NCBI GenBank assembly: GCA_044892525.1 | Contig: CM097885.1 | Location: 2,916,001-2,980,000, forward strand | DNA from: Schmidtea polychroa | Lineage: Eukaryota | Length of the DNA: 64,000 bases | Direction: 5' to 3' | Shown: piece by piece, positions 32,309 through 47,716 of the stretch | How positions within the stretch are numbered: position 1 is the first letter of the stretch | How the letters are laid out: every line of letters starts with the position of its first letter | The notes under the pieces: generated by a model | The model's database searches: none | What the model was told of the DNA's origin: nothing | What the model saw: the letters and a program-made list of their open reading frames with translations, nothing else | Program-made: the position numbers and the translations under genes

Positions 32309-32558
32309 CTATCAGTGGCTTCCTATCAGTGGCTTCCTATCAGTGGCTTCCTATCAGTGGCTTCCTATCAGTGGCTTCCTATCAGTGGCTTCCTATCAGT
32401 GGCTTCATATCAGTGGCTTCCTATCAGTGGCTTCCTATCAGTGGCTTCCTATCAGTGGCTTCCTATCAGTGGCTTCCTATCAGTGGCTTCCTATCAGTGG
32501 CTTCCTATCAGTGGCTTCCTATCAGTGGCTTCCTATCAGTGGCTTCCTATCAGTGGCT
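32309..32558. repeat. 14-bp minisatellite (CTATCAGTGGCTTC), ~18 copies
   Basis: Head-to-tail units without spacers; one variant unit. Confidence 0.97.
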
Positions 32559-34208
32559 GATTTCCATTTATGACGAATTTAGCTTCAAAGTTCATTTTCA
32601 TTCAAAATGATTGCTTTAAATTTCATTTGGGTTCAAAAACAACTTTATTTCACATTAGGCAAGCGAATCAAATGAATAAATATGTAAAAGGAAATTTACA
32701 TAAAGCATCAAATTCTCACTGTTTCCAATCGGATAGTCTTTTTCGCGCAAATTTCAGCTTCCGGATCCATTTTCACATTTCGGACGATGCTTTGATGTCT
32801 TCTTGTTTTCAGTCGAAGAAGTCAATGTTGATTGGTTAGCCTCGTGATGTCCAGGAAATAGTTCCATCTCTAAATAAGTGGAACGTCAATATTCACATGA
32901 ATGCCTGCTCTCATGACGAATTGCCATTGGGCTTGCTCTTGGATGGTAATATTTAGATCTTGCATCACTCATTGGTTCTCCTCTCACAGTTCTGTATCGA
33001 TTTGATCTTCCGGTGTAACTTTTTGGTGTAATCCCAACGGAACAATAAATTTTGAATATTTAAATTCATCAATGTGTAAATGGAAATATTATTAGAAAAT
33101 ATAATTATAAGAAATAATTTTTTAGTCAAATCAATATCAGTACAAAGTCATCATCATCAAAAATTAATCCTATCACTTGATTATTGTAAAAACTCTAATT
33201 ATTAACCTGTAATTAAAAATTAATTTTTATTTAAAATTAAAAAAACAAGTCAATAAAATTACAGCAAATTATCAAGAAATTAATTAAATTTACATTAGAA
33301 TTATTATTATTATTTATTAGGTGGTTTTCTCATATGAGAAAATATTTGGAAAAGGCTTTAGCACGACAAGAATTTATCTGATATGAGTAAATCAACTAGT
33401 TCAAATTATATTATTTTGTAATTGTTTAAGTTTTAGTTTTCTAAATTATCATAAACAATATCTTTTGTTTTTTTATACTTATTTTAAACAGATTTTTAGA
33501 TGATTTTAAATATATTGTTGGATAATTTTAAATATATTGTTGGATAATTTTAAAATCAATATTATTTTATTTATTAAAGACTTTGAAGGCTAGAAATCAG
33601 TAAATATATCAATGTATTGCCCTTTTCAAGTGAAGGCAGTGCAGAAAATTCGTAAATATCAAAAACATCGATATATTTAATGATTTATATACTCCAAGTT
33701 CTTTTTAATACATACAATGAAAAAAAAGTCAGTGGTGAAATTGGAATAAAAAAGTTCTTATAATAATATTATTTCGAATTAAAATTAACTATCGTGCCGG
33801 AGCTACCCGCGCAGCAAGCTAATAATTGGAAAAATAAGTAAATTGTAAATTCAACATTGTTCCCAATTTTATTGCATTTAACATCTTCCATCATAAAGTT
33901 GGCATCGTTATTGGAAATTGTATTGACGTATTCGTTGATATTCAGCTTGTCGTTGTGGATTGAATTGCTTTTTGTAGTTAGAAATTATTTTGTTTGTTAC
34001 TTCTAAATCGGAATAAGATGGCATTTTGTTTGTTGCTTCTAGTCTGAGTATAGGAGGCATGTTTTTTGTATATTTTAAAATCGCCATTATTAAAACAAAT
34101 TACACTCGCATTCAGTTAAATATAAAATTATTACTCTTAAACAAATAAAAAAAAGAATATTAAATGGTAACTGTATAAATATCAGTGAGGTTCAACAGGC
34201 ACTACATT

Positions 34209-36238
34209 CAGTGGCGTAACCAGGGTCATAATGCAGTCTGGGCAGCTGCCCAACACAAAAATATTCATAATTTAGATAAAAACAACTGCACAAGATCAAA
34301 AAAATCACGAGCGATCGGTTCATTTTTACAAACATTTACTAACACAAACAATGTTGACTCTATGTGCGTAGCAAAGAACATAGACCGCATGCGGAACCAA
34401 ATATTGAATTTTCCTCTGAACTCCACTAATATCTCCACTCATCACTGACGCACCGTCGTATGCCTGAGCTATGCAATTGTTAATGTTAACATCATGTTGG
34501 TTCAGCGCCTCAGTAATGCAGTTTACGAGAGACTGAGCATCAAGACCACTTGGCTGAAAAAGCCAAGAAAACATTCGTTAATGCTATTTGTAGACTTATC
34601 AAAAAATCGTAACACTATGAACGTTTGTTCAGCCTTACTAATATCTTATGTATCGTCTACCAAAAGTGAGAACATACCCGTTTCTTCGACGGCTTTTGAT
34701 GTTATATCGAAATGCAAGTGGTTATACAAAGGGCGTTATCGTTCTGGATTGATGGCGATAAATAAATGGCATTGTCGGGCAATGAACGCAATCGAGCTGC
34801 AAACTTGTCATCGTGACGGCTGATGACGTCGATTAATTCCAAAAAGTTTCCTTTGTTTTCCGACTCATCACTCTCATCGTGACCACGTAAAGTGATTTCT
34901 TGTTTAGCACAAAATAATATTACCTCTGCTAACGTTTTTATGTAGTACCTGTTTTTCTCGCGCAGTGTAACGGCAGCCATATCGATCAAATTAACAACTT
35001 GTTTTCCTTCTTTCTCTCGGATTCTAAATTGACCCCATTCCATCATGCATCGCAAATGTTCAGCAGAGGAATTGTGAAGAGTTAATCCAAACTTTTGACC
35101 TGTTGTGTGCTGCCAGTCAGAAAATCCAGTAGGTTCGGCAAACAGTGAACTTTCTTTGCTCCAGTAACGACAGCAAAAGCAATATGAAGCATCCTGCTTA
35201 ACAGAATATTCCACCCACGGAAATTCCGAAAAAAAACAACTTTGAAAACGATTTAGTTATTCCAAAATATCTCCACGTGTATATAAGTGAGGTTGGTTGA
35301 ACGAGGACATACAGTTTCCCCTTGAAAATTTGATCTGGAAATTTTAGGAGATTTTGAGATTGTTTATTCTGTTCATTTACTTCATTTCCCGAGTTTTTCA
35401 CTGGAATATCGGCATAACGATTTACTCACTGATCAATTCGAATTTGATGTAGAAACAGAAGTTGTGTCATTCGATGTTTCGCAGCGTAAGACTGCCCTGT
35501 CCGGCGTGTCGATGGTGTCTTTATTTTTTGGATTGATGCTAAAGCCGAGCGCTGATAATTTATGCACCCCCTATGACGCTATTGCTAACTCATCGCTTTT
35601 TCGTTTCTTTCTTCGGTCTTGAGTGGCCATGGTTACAATATTTTTATTTTTTTTAAAAATTATTGTAGATTTTTTTATTTATCCTATTAAAATTAAAGTT
35701 ATTTGCTTATTTACTTATCAGCATAATATTCAAATTTTACAAAATTAATGTGCATTACTACGTTGCGTATGCCTGAATGTTTTATTCATTACCAGTTTAT
35801 TCAAGATGTTTTATTCGTCTATGATTCGACAATCATATTATTTGTTTATTAATAAATAGGTCAAACATTACGTCACAGTTACTAATTTTATGTCGAAATA
35901 GTCGTCTGCAAAATCGTCTGCTTTTTGTGACTTGTTTGCTGTTTAATTGATAGGTGTGCTGTGATTGGTTTATTAACTTTCAGCCTAGCAACACACTTTG
36001 CTGCTACAAGATCGCAACATTGTTGTTTTAGGGGAGACGGCTATGCGTAATACAGTCTTGGTCGCAATTTTACAAAATATGTACCTATTACTGACAAGCC
36101 CGCGAACACAATGATTCATTTGTTTTTCAATGGACTGAAAATAAAGACTTTTTATTTTTCAAAAGCCTGTGCAACCCGGTCAGAAAGAAATTAAACCCGG
36201 GTACTGCCTATAATTGCCCGGGCGTGGCTACGCCTATG
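34209..36238 (-). mobile_element. Internally deleted hAT transposon (Tip100/ZMYM1-like transposase)
   Basis: Ends CAGTGGCGTAACC / GGCTACGCCTATG; TSD ACTACATT / ACTATATT. Fragments EYSVKQDASYCFCCRY, LRGHDES...NKGNFLEL, YLSPSIQN, AQAYDGASVMSG, CYAHRVN; broken frames. Confidence 0.88.
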
Positions 36239-36387
36239 ACTATATTAACCAATAATATCAATAAAAATCAAATTTATTTTTTGTAAAATATTATCAAAAT
36301 CAATTGTAAAAAGCAGTGCAAAAAATTCATGAATATCAAAATTAAATCAAGTTCTAATAACAAAATATAAAACATTATTCCCTATTC

Positions 36388-38882
36388 CAGTGAAGGCGAA
36401 CCCATGACCCGTGGGTCAAGAAGTGACCCACGAAATTATTTTTAAATACCCAAGAGAAAGTTTTAAATGTTAGATTTGAATTTTTTTCAAAACACTAAGA
36501 AATCCTTTATATTTATTATAATTGGTTTACAAAAAAAACATTTTTTTCTTTTAAAAAATAGAATCTCAAAAACTATGTATAATAATAATAAATTACTAAA
36601 ATCTAGATGTCACCACCGAACAAAAATAAATAATATAAGTTTTAAATATCTACTTATTACTAGAATCTATTGGTATTATAATTAAATATTATTTAGCAAG
36701 TTATAGTTTTAATAATTGGTAAGTCATTTTAACAATATAAATTTTTTACAAGCCAATTTTTTAGATTTTTTTATTATTAGCAATTTTTTTAGATTTTTTA
36801 TTATTAGTTCAGGATGTCAATGAGCAAAAAACGTAAGGCGAATGAAGCAAGTACGGTAAGAATGTATCATGAAGAATGGTTTTTCAAATTTGGAGTAATT
36901 GAAAAAAATAAGAAAACGCTTTGCATTCTGTGCAAAGAGAACGTCACAACTAAGACATTTTGAAACTATTCGCAAAAATCTAGTTTCATTAACAGAGGAA
37001 GAGAAAAAAGAATAAAAAAATATCAAGCTGAAACTTATACGTTGAAATCGTTTGTTGTGCCCAAAAAACATATTACGTCAGCTAGTTTTCAGCAGGCACA
37101 CTCAATTGCAAAATATGGGAAACCATTATCAGAAGGAGAGTTTTTAAAGAAGCTCTTTTAGATTGCAGCAATTTGTTGTTTTCCGATTTTAAAGAAAAAG
37201 ATCTGATTATAAAACGAATAAAATAATTGTCAATTAGTCGGAACACAGTAAAAGACAGAATTTTAACTATGGACGGAAATACTTCTATGCAATTAATTGC
37301 AGACTTAAAAAATACTGAAATGTTTTCGGTTTCGTTGGATGAAAGTACCGACATAACTGGTCAGGCACAGGTTGCAATAATTGCTAAATACAAATCTGCG
37401 AATATTATGAGAGAAGAATTATTAAAATTAGTAAATTTAACAGGAAAAACAACAGGTGTGGATATTATGCATGGATTTAAAGAAGAAATTGAAAAAATGA
37501 ATATTGATATAAAGAAGATTGTTTCCGTAACTACAGATAGTGCTCCTAGCATGGTTGGAAAAAACTTTGGATTTATTACACAGCTCAAACAATACATTGG
37601 ACGTCCATTAGTTGAATTTCATTGTATTATTCATCAGGGGGTACTGTGTGTTAAAAAAGGATTACAATCATTTTCGAAAGTTATGGCAACAGTGACAAAT
37701 ATTGTCAATTTTATATCTGCACGAGATCTGAATAGGCGTGAATTCGATGAATTATTATCCGAAATTGATTCCCAGTATTCAGGACATTTAATGTATAATA
37801 ACGTTCGATGGCTCAGCCGCGGTCTAGTTTTAAATCATTTTGTTAGTCTCCTTGAGTAATTAAAACTATTTTTACACGAAAAGGATGTAAATTATCCTGA
37901 GCTAACAAATTTACAATGGTTAAATGATCTAATGTTTTTTTGTGATATAACACAGCACTTTAACGAGCTTAATAAGAAACTTCAAGGACGTGGACAAATT
38001 GCTTTAAATATGTATGAAAATATTAAATCGTTTGTGTTAAAATTGGACATTTTTATAAAAGATTTGAATATGAAAACTTTTAAATATTTTCCACGTTTAC
38101 TTGAACACTTTAAAAGTTCAACGCATTTTGGGAAAAATATTGAGGTTGACGAGAATAAAATCAATAACTATGTATTAATTATTGAAGAAATCAGAGAATC
38201 CTTTGAAAACAGATTTATTCAATTTAAGCAACAGGAAACTAGTTTACAATTTATCATGTATCCTCATAATATTGAATTCAAAAATTTGGAATTAGAGGTT
38301 GGTTGAATATTAATAATTTAGAAATAGAATTGGTAGAATTTCAAAATAGTTTTTTATGGAGAAATAAATTTGAAGATTTAACTGCAAAAATAGAATTAAA
38401 TAATTCCCAAATTTCTTTTAATGAATCAGCAGAAGAAAATATTATACTCCAAGCGTGGAATTCTATGGTAAATACATTTATTTGCATGAAAACTTTAGCT
38501 TTTCGTCTTATTACTGTGAGCAACTATTTTCTTCATTGAATTATATAAAGCCCTCGGAAAGAAATCGACTCGGTAAAGAAATGACTGCTGCATGTGTGAG
38601 ATTAAGGTCAACAACTTATAAACCAGATATACAAAAATTATCATCTGAAAAGCAGCAGCAAATTTCACATTAATTTTCTTATATTATTTATTTAAATTAT
38701 ATTTTATTTGTTTACTGAATTGTTTGTATAACTTTTTTTAAATAAAAGTGTAATCAAAAAAGTAAATATAATAATTGTTTAAATTTTAAAGATACATATG
38801 TAGCTAGTTTGACCTGCGACTCCAAATTGAATTTTTTTTAAATTAATTTTGACCCACAAGAAAAAAAGGTTCGCCATCACTG
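36388..38882 (+). mobile_element. Decayed full-length hAT transposon (Buster/Charlie/SPIN-like)
   Basis: TIRs CAGTGAAGGCGAACC / GGTTCGCCATCACTG; degenerate TSD CCCTATTC / CCCTGCTC. Motifs FSVSLDESTD, VTTDSAPSM, HCIIHQ, VRWLSRG, CEQLFS.L; many stops. Confidence 0.9.
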
Positions 38883-38958
38883 CCCTGCTCTAATAAGTAG
38901 AATTAATAATTCCAAATTAATATAGAACTTAATTGCAATTAGCCTTGTAGATATTAAT

Positions 38959-39321
38959 CAGTGGCGGAACTTCAAAATTTGGGCCCCCCGCGCAATGTAA
39001 AATAATTCCACAATAATTTTTTTTTAACAAAAACAAGTTAGATATTTATTTCATATATCATAAAAATAATACAAAAATGAAACTAAAACTTAATGGACCT
39101 TAAATATTAAAATCTTTCCTCCTTTCCTTCATATTGGCAAAAAAAATTTCGGTTAAAGTTTAATAGATAGTTATTCACGGCAGCCGCTATTCAATGATAG
39201 TTTTATGTTTGTAGGCAAATATAACTGCGGGTGAAGTTTCAGAAAATGATTGTAAATATTTTTTAGTAATAAATTTGGGCCCCCGCAACGCAGGGTGCTG
39301 CGTCCACTAGTTACGCCACTG
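38959..39321. mobile_element. hAT-type MITE
   Basis: CAGTGGCGGAACT / AGTTACGCCACTG; perfect 8-bp TSD ATATTAAT. Confidence 0.9.
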
Positions 39322-39559
39322 ATATTAATGAAGGCGTTTCATTATTGGTTGAGGAGATATTTTGAATTAATTTCACTGTGAATTTGCAATTTTCATTATC
39401 TAATTTCACGGTAAAAATTACTTCGAGGTGAATAGGCAAATTCTAAAATGGTAATGAAAATAAATGTTATGCACCCCAGCATATTCATGGAAGGTGAATA
39501 ACCCTTGCACTTGCCTCATCAAAATAGCAAAATAAATCAAAACACCGAACAACAGGACT

Positions 39560-41540
39560 AAAAGAATTATATTGATTTACTGAAATAATTGTTTTAATTT
39601 CCAGGCTGGAGCGTATCAAATATCATTGCAATTTAGCATGGAAATCTCCACATCAAATGCACTGCCAGGCCATTTATTCATTGCCAAGCACATCAATTGT
39701 ACCCGATTGGTGATAATTTATCAATAAGCAGCCAATCAGATGCCATTCAATGCGATTGGTGATAATTTATCAATAAGCAGCCAATCAGATGCCATTCAAT
39801 GCGATTGGCTGTGCAATGAAGTGACCAATGACGAAATGAAAGTCCATCTCTATGAGAACAATTATATCCATAGCAAATTGCTGATTTTATCAGATCAGTA
39901 ATTTATGCAATGAGATGCAAGCAATGAGAGATGAGAATGTGAAATTGGGTAAGGAAATTACCGAATTGAAATGTGAAATGAGACAATTCAAACAAAAAGC
40001 TGATTATGCCCAATTAAATGATTGAAATATTTAATTGATATTGTGAGTAAATGAGAAAATGTGCGATGTGGAAATGAAAGTGATGGGCAACAGAGGGGAA
40101 ATAGAGGAGTTAGTTGAGGATATTGTAGCATTATAGAATGAGAATCGCTCATCCAGAACCGAGATGGAGACAAATATTGAATCTATCAATCAAGTTTGAT
40201 TGTTGATTTGATGCTTAAACGCAAGGCAAATCAGACAACAAATTGAAATGATTGAAACAAAATACCAAATGCGAATTGATGAATTGAAACCGAAGTGCAA
40301 ACGGCGTATGCAACAAGAGAATGCAAAGTTGATCTATTAAAATGTTTGATTTTTTATTCAAATATTTGATCGCTTTTTCATTCTCTTGTGCCAGCCGCTG
40401 CTTATAATTATCAATTGTCTGATTGACCTCATTCAATTCCTCCATTTCTCCCTTGTTGCAATCCCTTTCCATTCCATATTTACGTTAGAACAAATTCTCA
40501 TACAATCACAAATATCAATCAATAATTTAATCAATCAATTAAATATTATCAAATTATTGTTTGAATTGAGTTATTTCTCCTTTCAATTCGATAATTCCTT
40601 TCTCAATTTCATATTTGCATTACCCACTGATTCTATCTAATTGCAGAAATTATTGATATGGTCAATCAACAATTTGCGATGGAAAGAATTATTCTCATTC
40701 AGATGGCTTTCATTTTGTCCTTCACTACTTCATTTCAAATCCAATTGCATTGAATGGGCTGCTTTATGGCTATTCTCATTAACACTTGATTAATCCAACT
40801 TCTCAAATACCTAAGTTGATCGCATGATCTTCACAATCATTTTGCACATTCTGGAAATTATCAAATTCAAATTTATTTCCTTATCGTTTTATCTAAAATT
40901 AACAAAATTATTAATTAAATGATAAATAATTATCAATATAAAAATAAATCAATTAAATATTCCATTTTACATTTTGCAATTATCAAAATATTTCAACTTT
41001 TGACAACTTTCATAAATGATAATTATTTCCTGCTACGTTTACAATTACAACATTTTATATTTTTTGGTGTAGATAAACAAATGTTTCTAAATTTATAATT
41101 ATTCAAAATCTAAAACAATTTCCAAGTATATTTGCATTAAAATTATATAAATTTTAATATTTTGCATAATATTAAATGCACGAATAAACTTGACAAAAAG
41201 AAACGTTTTTTAAAAATGCAATAAATCCGGAAATTAGTAATATTTGAAAAGGCAAATACAGTATTAAATTGTTTCCAAATCTAAAATAATAATAGAAATC
41301 TATATATGAAAATAGACGTAAAAATTGTGAAAAAATTAAAAACTTAAAATTTGAATTATTCACTTACTGACAATTACTTAAAATCAAATTAACATTTATG
41401 TTCGGCCAAAATCAAGAAGAACCCTCGTTATTTACCTATAGCGAAAACGCAACACTAGTAAAAGGTAAAAATATAAACCTGATAAAATACATTAGAAGTG
41501 TAAAATGATGCTAGAATTAGAAATGGAACAACGAACTATT
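39560..41540. pseudogene. TRAF-like pseudogene fragments, copy 1 of a ~2-kb duplication
   Basis: A plus-strand fragment (~39700-40330) resembles the Zn-finger/coiled-coil exons of the 55479 gene, followed by a minus-strand paralogous fragment (~40330-40900). Near-identical to ~43160-45130. Confidence 0.75.
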
Positions 41541-42300
41541 TTCAATTTTTGACCAAGATAATACGGAGAAAAATCGCCAGATCTAGGATCAAGAAAGGAC
41601 ACCTATTGGTAATGGATTGATATATGACAGGGGTGCCCATAAGGTCGATCGCGATCTACCGGTAGATCGCGAAGGATTTTTTAGTAGATCTTCATAAAAA
41701 AAATATTTTTTATATAAATTTAGAATTTATATAAAATTTCTGTTTTATGCTTAAATTTTTTGCCAATTTTCATGTTCTGTGTTCCATTTCTATGGTAATA
41801 CTAAATAACATTTTTTAATTTTGATTTCACCATTTTCAAAATGTTATTTAGTTTAATTTAGTTTAATTTAATTTTGTTTATTTAGTTTAAATATTATGTA
41901 AGTATTAAAAAAGTAGATCGCATACACATTTTGGATGTGAATGTAGCTCTCCTAGAAAAATTAGTGGGCACCCCTGATATATGAGCTTAATGTGCCTATC
42001 CGAAATTGGTGTAAAAATATTTTAATACAATATCATGATGGAAAGTTTGGTGGACACATATCAGCCAAGAAAGCAGAAACAAGAAATTAAACAAAAATTT
42101 TATTGGTCGAAAGATGTAGATGACTTAAAAAGCGGATAACAGATTGTCTCACCTGCGCAACTCACAAAGTCATAGGAAGCAAAATGAAAGCACTACTAAA
42201 ACAATACCAATACCACCGACCTACAACGATGATTGCAATGGAAGTGATAGAATCACTAATAATGAAAATATTTATATCTTAAGTCAGAGCAGTAAACATA
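41400..42300 (+). mobile_element. Gypsy-like LTR retrotransposon pol relic (integrase HHCC region)
   Basis: Broken frames read ILIQYHDGKFGGHISAKK...KQKFYWS...CLTCATHK; interrupted by the 41628 MITE. Confidence 0.65.
41628..41976. mobile_element. hAT-type MITE
   Basis: CAGGGGTGCCCA / TGGGCACCCCTG; perfect 8-bp TSD ATATATGA. Confidence 0.92.
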
Positions 42301-43159
42301 AAAATTTCTAACTAAATTCAAATGGCAACCAACCGAATCCAACAGAAATTAGAGGACCGGTCAAAAGTTTACACACTCATGAGAAAATAGCAAACGAAAT
42401 TACGAAAACACGAAAAGCGACTCAATTATATCAAGTCTAACAAGCTAATAATCGAGACAAGACATCGAATGTGGATGCAGAATTTGTAACCCAGCTAAAA
42501 AGAAAATTCAACAATATGTCCAGACTGTGGCGAAACTAATAAAATCACCCTCGAGAATACCCAACCAAACTATGCAACGAATCGCGAAATATTAAATGAA
42601 ATGTCTGAGAGAGTAATATGAATGGAAAGGACTAAGAAATAGCAAATTCAAAAAATAAAATGTGAACTATGCCTGATTTCAATAATCACAAAGAGTCATC
42701 CAAAAGTATGCGAAATAAGAACAAGCAAATGTAAATTCTGTGGAAAGAATTCAAATCAACCCAAAAAACAAATAATCATGAAGCTAAAAAGCCTCTGGAA
42801 TAAAGATTCCCGCAAAGCTGCTAATAGCCTGTTGAATCTATTCGACTGCAAAATACAGCTAGCAAGAGGAAACTCAGAAATATGTCAGAGAAAGCAACGC
42901 GGAACCTAACATACAACAATAGTAGAAGCAACCAAAACAACGGCAATGGCAATAACGGATTTTATGGATAATATAAAATATTAATCAAGGAGACTCAAGA
43001 GATTGGGAGAACAAATGATACATCCGACATAATTACAACAAAGGAACGGATTAGAAAATGAGTTGAATTCCCAAGCGCAAGGAAATGTAAATAGCATGAA
43101 CGATAACAGTATAACACCCAGGGGAAGCAAAACCCAAAACAAAAAAATAAATCAAAACA

Positions 43160-45130
43160 CAGAACTAAAAAATATATTGATTTACTGAAATAATTGTTTT
43201 CATTTCCAGGCTGGAGCGTATCAAATATCATTGCAATTTAGCATGGAAATCTTCACATCAATTGCAAACAAACACATTTATTCATTGCCAAACACATCAA
43301 TTGCACCCGATTGGTTATAATTTATAATTAAGCAGCCAATCAGATGCCCATTCAATGCTATTGGATGCGAAATGAATGAAGTGACCAGTGACGAGATGAA
43401 AGTCCATCTCTATGAGAACAATGATTGCCATAGCAAATTGCTGATTTTATCAGATCGATAATTTACGCAATGAGATAGAATAAATAAAGAATGAAAATAT
43501 GAAATTGGGTAAGGAAATTACCGAATTGAAATGTGAAATGAGACAATTCAAACAAAAAGCTGATTATGCCCAATTAAATGATTGAAATATTTAATTGATA
43601 TTGTGAGTAAATGAGAAAATGTGCGATATGGAAATGAAAGTGATGGGCAACAGAGGGGAAATAGAGGAGTTAGTTGAGGATATTGTAGCATTATAGAATG
43701 AGAATCGCTCATCCAGAACCGAGATGGAGACAAATATTGAATCTATCAATCAAGTTTGATTGTTGATTTGATGCTTAAACGCAAAGCAAATCAGACAACA
43801 AATTGAAATGATTGAAACAAAATACCAAATGCGAATTGATGAATTGAAACTGAAGTGCAAACGGCGTATGCAACAAGAGAATGCAAAGTTGATCTATTAA
43901 AATGTTTGATTTTTAATTCAAATATTTGATCGCTTTTTCATTCTCTTGTGCCAGCCGCTGCTTATAATTATCAATTGTTGGATTGACCTCATTCAATTCC
44001 TCCATTTCTCCCTTGTTGCAATCTCTTTCCATTCCATATTTACGTTAGAACAATTCTCATACAATCACAAATATCAATCAATAATTTAATCAATCAATTA
44101 AATATTATCAAATTATTGTTTGAATTGAGTTATTTCTCCTTTCAATTCGATAATTCCTTTCTCAATTTCATATTTGCATTACCCACTGATTCTATCTAAT
44201 TGCAGAAATTATTGATATGGTCAATCAACAATTTGCGATGGTAAGCATTATTCTCATTAAGATGGCTTTCATTTCGTCCTTCACAACTTCATTTCAAATC
44301 CAATTGCATTGAATGGGCTGCTTGATGGCTATTCTCATTACCACTTGATTAATCCATCTTCTCAAATACCTAACTTGATCGCATGATCTTCACAATCATT
44401 TTGCACATTCTGGAAATTATCAAATTCAACTTTGTTTTCCTTATCGTTTTATCTAAAATTATCAAAATTATTGATTAAATGATAAATAATTATCAATATA
44501 AAAATAAATCAATTAAATATTTCATTTTATATTTTACATTTTGCAATTATATTTCAAAAATATTTCAACGTTTGACAACATTCAAAATTCCTAAATATTT
44601 ACATTAATAATGTCCGGTAAAATTATAATTTAAAGTTCATAAATTAGCTTTTTGTTGTAGATAAACAAATGTTTTTAAATTATAATTATTCAAAATCAAA
44701 AATAATTTCAAAGTATATTTGCATCAAAATGATTTAAATTTTGATATTTTGCATAATATTAAATGCACAAATAAACTTGACAAAAAGAAACGTTTTAAAA
44801 GATTCAAGAAATGCGGAAATTAGTAAAATTTGAAAGAGGCAAATACAGTAAAAAATTGTTTCCAAATTTAATATAATAATAGAAATTTATATATGAAAAT
44901 AAGAAGTAAAAACTGAGTAAAAATCAACAACTTAGAATTAGAATTATTTGCTTATTGACAATCACTTAAAATCAAATTAAAATTTATATTCGGCCAAAAT
45001 CAAGAAGAACCCTCGTTATTTACCTATAGCGATAACGCAACACTAGAAAAGGGTAAAAATATTAACTGTATAAAATACATAAGAAGTGTAAAATGATGCT
45101 ACGAAGAGATTTGAAATGGAACCACGAACT
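43160..45130. pseudogene. TRAF-like pseudogene fragments, copy 2 of the ~2-kb duplication
   Basis: Direct repeat of ~39560-41540; track ORFs 39988 and 43548 differ by one residue. Confidence 0.75.
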
Positions 45131-47655
45131 ATTCCGTGGACTGACACTTCATTAAAATGAAACCGGATAGACTGGAAAACGATCGGCTAATGAATATTGA
45201 TAACAAGGAAAAGGACAGGGCGATGATCAGCGTTCGGAGGTTATGGACTGAGTGAAATTGCTTCATTTTCCATTGAAAGTGATTTTAATATTTTATGGGA
45301 ATTCCTTTAATTGAAAACTAAAAAATTGCTAACAATTAGGATTCGTTCTGATCCGCTGTTGATGGTTAGAGGGAAATATGATAGTGAGTCTGGTAGGCAA
45401 TAGTTTCACTATTCCCTCAACGGATTCAACGGATTATAGAAAGCATAATTGACAACAAACAAGATGATTACTGAAGGATGATTACTGAAGGATGAATAAA
45501 ACACCTGCCAGTAGAAGGAAACTATTGAAACTCCTGAGAAAACTTAAAAGGAAATTGTTGTCATCCGGTGTTAGTTTCGTATCTATTCGATCTAACACAT
45601 AATTTTTGACTTCAAATTCTATTTACTGCCCCTAATGTTATGTATTTTATTCAAAAGTTTACAAAATAATTACTCATTTAACAAAGAGACTGGTTGCTTC
45701 TAAAGTACAGTCAAAATGTTATACAATCCTCCCTGAAAGATATTTCAAAGAGTCAAGGCTGGCCTTAAAATGCGCCAACAGCCAGAAAAAGTTTAAAGGT
45801 AAAAGAGTAGGGTAATTTTCGAAGTTTTAAGGGATATTTTTCACAAGAAATTGACAATACTTCCTGCTAATAAGTTCTGAGAATTTAATTTTACCAAGAG
45901 TGAAACAGAAATAAGAAAATTGTTTAGTGACTCTCAAACTAATTAGTTAATTATACCAAATTTATTACCGTATTGCTATCAATAAATGATTTCGTATTGC
46001 TATCAATAAATAATTTGTAACAATGAAATTCTACGGGAAATTCGCCAAGGGAGCCGTATAAATCCGTACAGCCGTTTGCATACCGTACGTATAATTTACC
46101 ATATAAGTACATAAAATAAAATAAATTATTTAACAAATAAAATTAAACTACGAGAACCGTATGTATACGCAAATCGTAAATGCGTAATTACTTGCATGCC
46201 GTATTGAGACACAAATTATGCAAAAGCGCCCCATAGCGAAAAGGTTAAACAAGTAAAAGTGTGATAGTGCTAAAAACCTGAAATGGTTACTATAGCGCAT
46301 ATTGTTATATTGATTTTTCTATCTCGCTAGTCCTTTTCTGATTAAATGTTGCACAAGTATAGCTATTTCTAGTGTCTGTTGTTTTCGCCTCTCCACTTAA
46401 ATGTTGTGAGGCTATTTATGTAAAATTTTAAATCGATTTTTTCTATGATATCGAAAAATAATAATTAATAATTACTATAAATAAGTATATTGAATATTCA
46501 TATTTAATTGCTATTTATATTTTATTTATATTTCTAATAATAATTTATCGCTATTTTTTCTATTATCTTTCTTCCTATCTCATATTCGACCCCAAAATGT
46601 CTTCACCCTGAAATTAAAGTTGTAAAGACAAGTTTGATTTCAGCAAACAATAAAATACAAACAAAATAATAAAACATAAAAATTAAACTGCAAGCAAAAC
46701 GCAAAAAGTTATTGTTAGCCGTTTGGATCACAATAATGAAGTTTATATATACAAATGTTAGAATGGCAAGATTGAAACTGCAATTTAATTTAGGATTCCC
46801 TGTTCTACAATATCTGGTCGGTAACTCACTACCAACATTTCCCATGTACTTACTTCTCTATACACGATAGATAATATATGTTTATATATGATTCATATTG
46901 ACTTCAGTTGGTGTCCAGATTTTAAAAACCTTTTCAATATCATCTTTCAATAAAATATTGTCATTGTGCTTGGCCTCATCTCTTAATGCTTCAAATAGAT
47001 CACTAAATTGTAATTGTACGATTTCTTCATTATTATAATCAAAATTATTCATTATATATTCTATTATTTTATCATCATCAACAAACTCGGAATATGGTTG
47101 CTTACAGTGGTTAATATTAAATAGACAACACTAGCTAATGAAATATTGGAAGCCATCTTTGAAAACTCTTTGAGAATTTCAATTTCGACAAAGCGTAGTA
47201 AATTATAAAATTCCAAATAAAAGATTTACAAAAGATATCTATTTGAATCTATAACAATATACAAACAAGAACTTTATTTAATTCTGCCATGAATTTTATT
47301 TAAATATTTCTTTTTTCAAATATTTAATTTTTTATTTAACCTACATTTTATTAACAAAAACGTTTTTGTAATTTTTATTCCATATACAAAAAAAATCCAA
47401 CCTTGGAAAATCACCACAAGCATATTGGCTTAAAATTTTCGTTCAGGTACTCATACCCTTGTTGTGTAGCTAAGGTAGGAGTCTATGCTACCTGATCACC
47501 GGATCATCCATTGTATTTGAGTTCAGGTACTCATACCCTTATTGTGTTACTGAGGCAGCGTTTGTTGGATTGCTTCATGTTTGTCTACTGAGATTCTTTA
47601 TTGGGGTGTAGTAGAGAGTAGAACGTATAAATAAGGTGATGCTTTGGATAAATAA

Positions 47656-47716
<61 letters not shown>

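Noticed and set aside
32309..32610. Repetitive ORFs and a possible CRISPR array in the 14-bp repeat
   Set aside because: Head-to-tail units with no spacers, no cas genes and a eukaryotic context; the ORFs exist only because the unit has no stop on that strand.
46800..47290. Coding-like minus-strand stretch with stops (similar stretches at ~32600-33050 and ~54780-54940)
   Set aside because: No recognisable family and broken frames.
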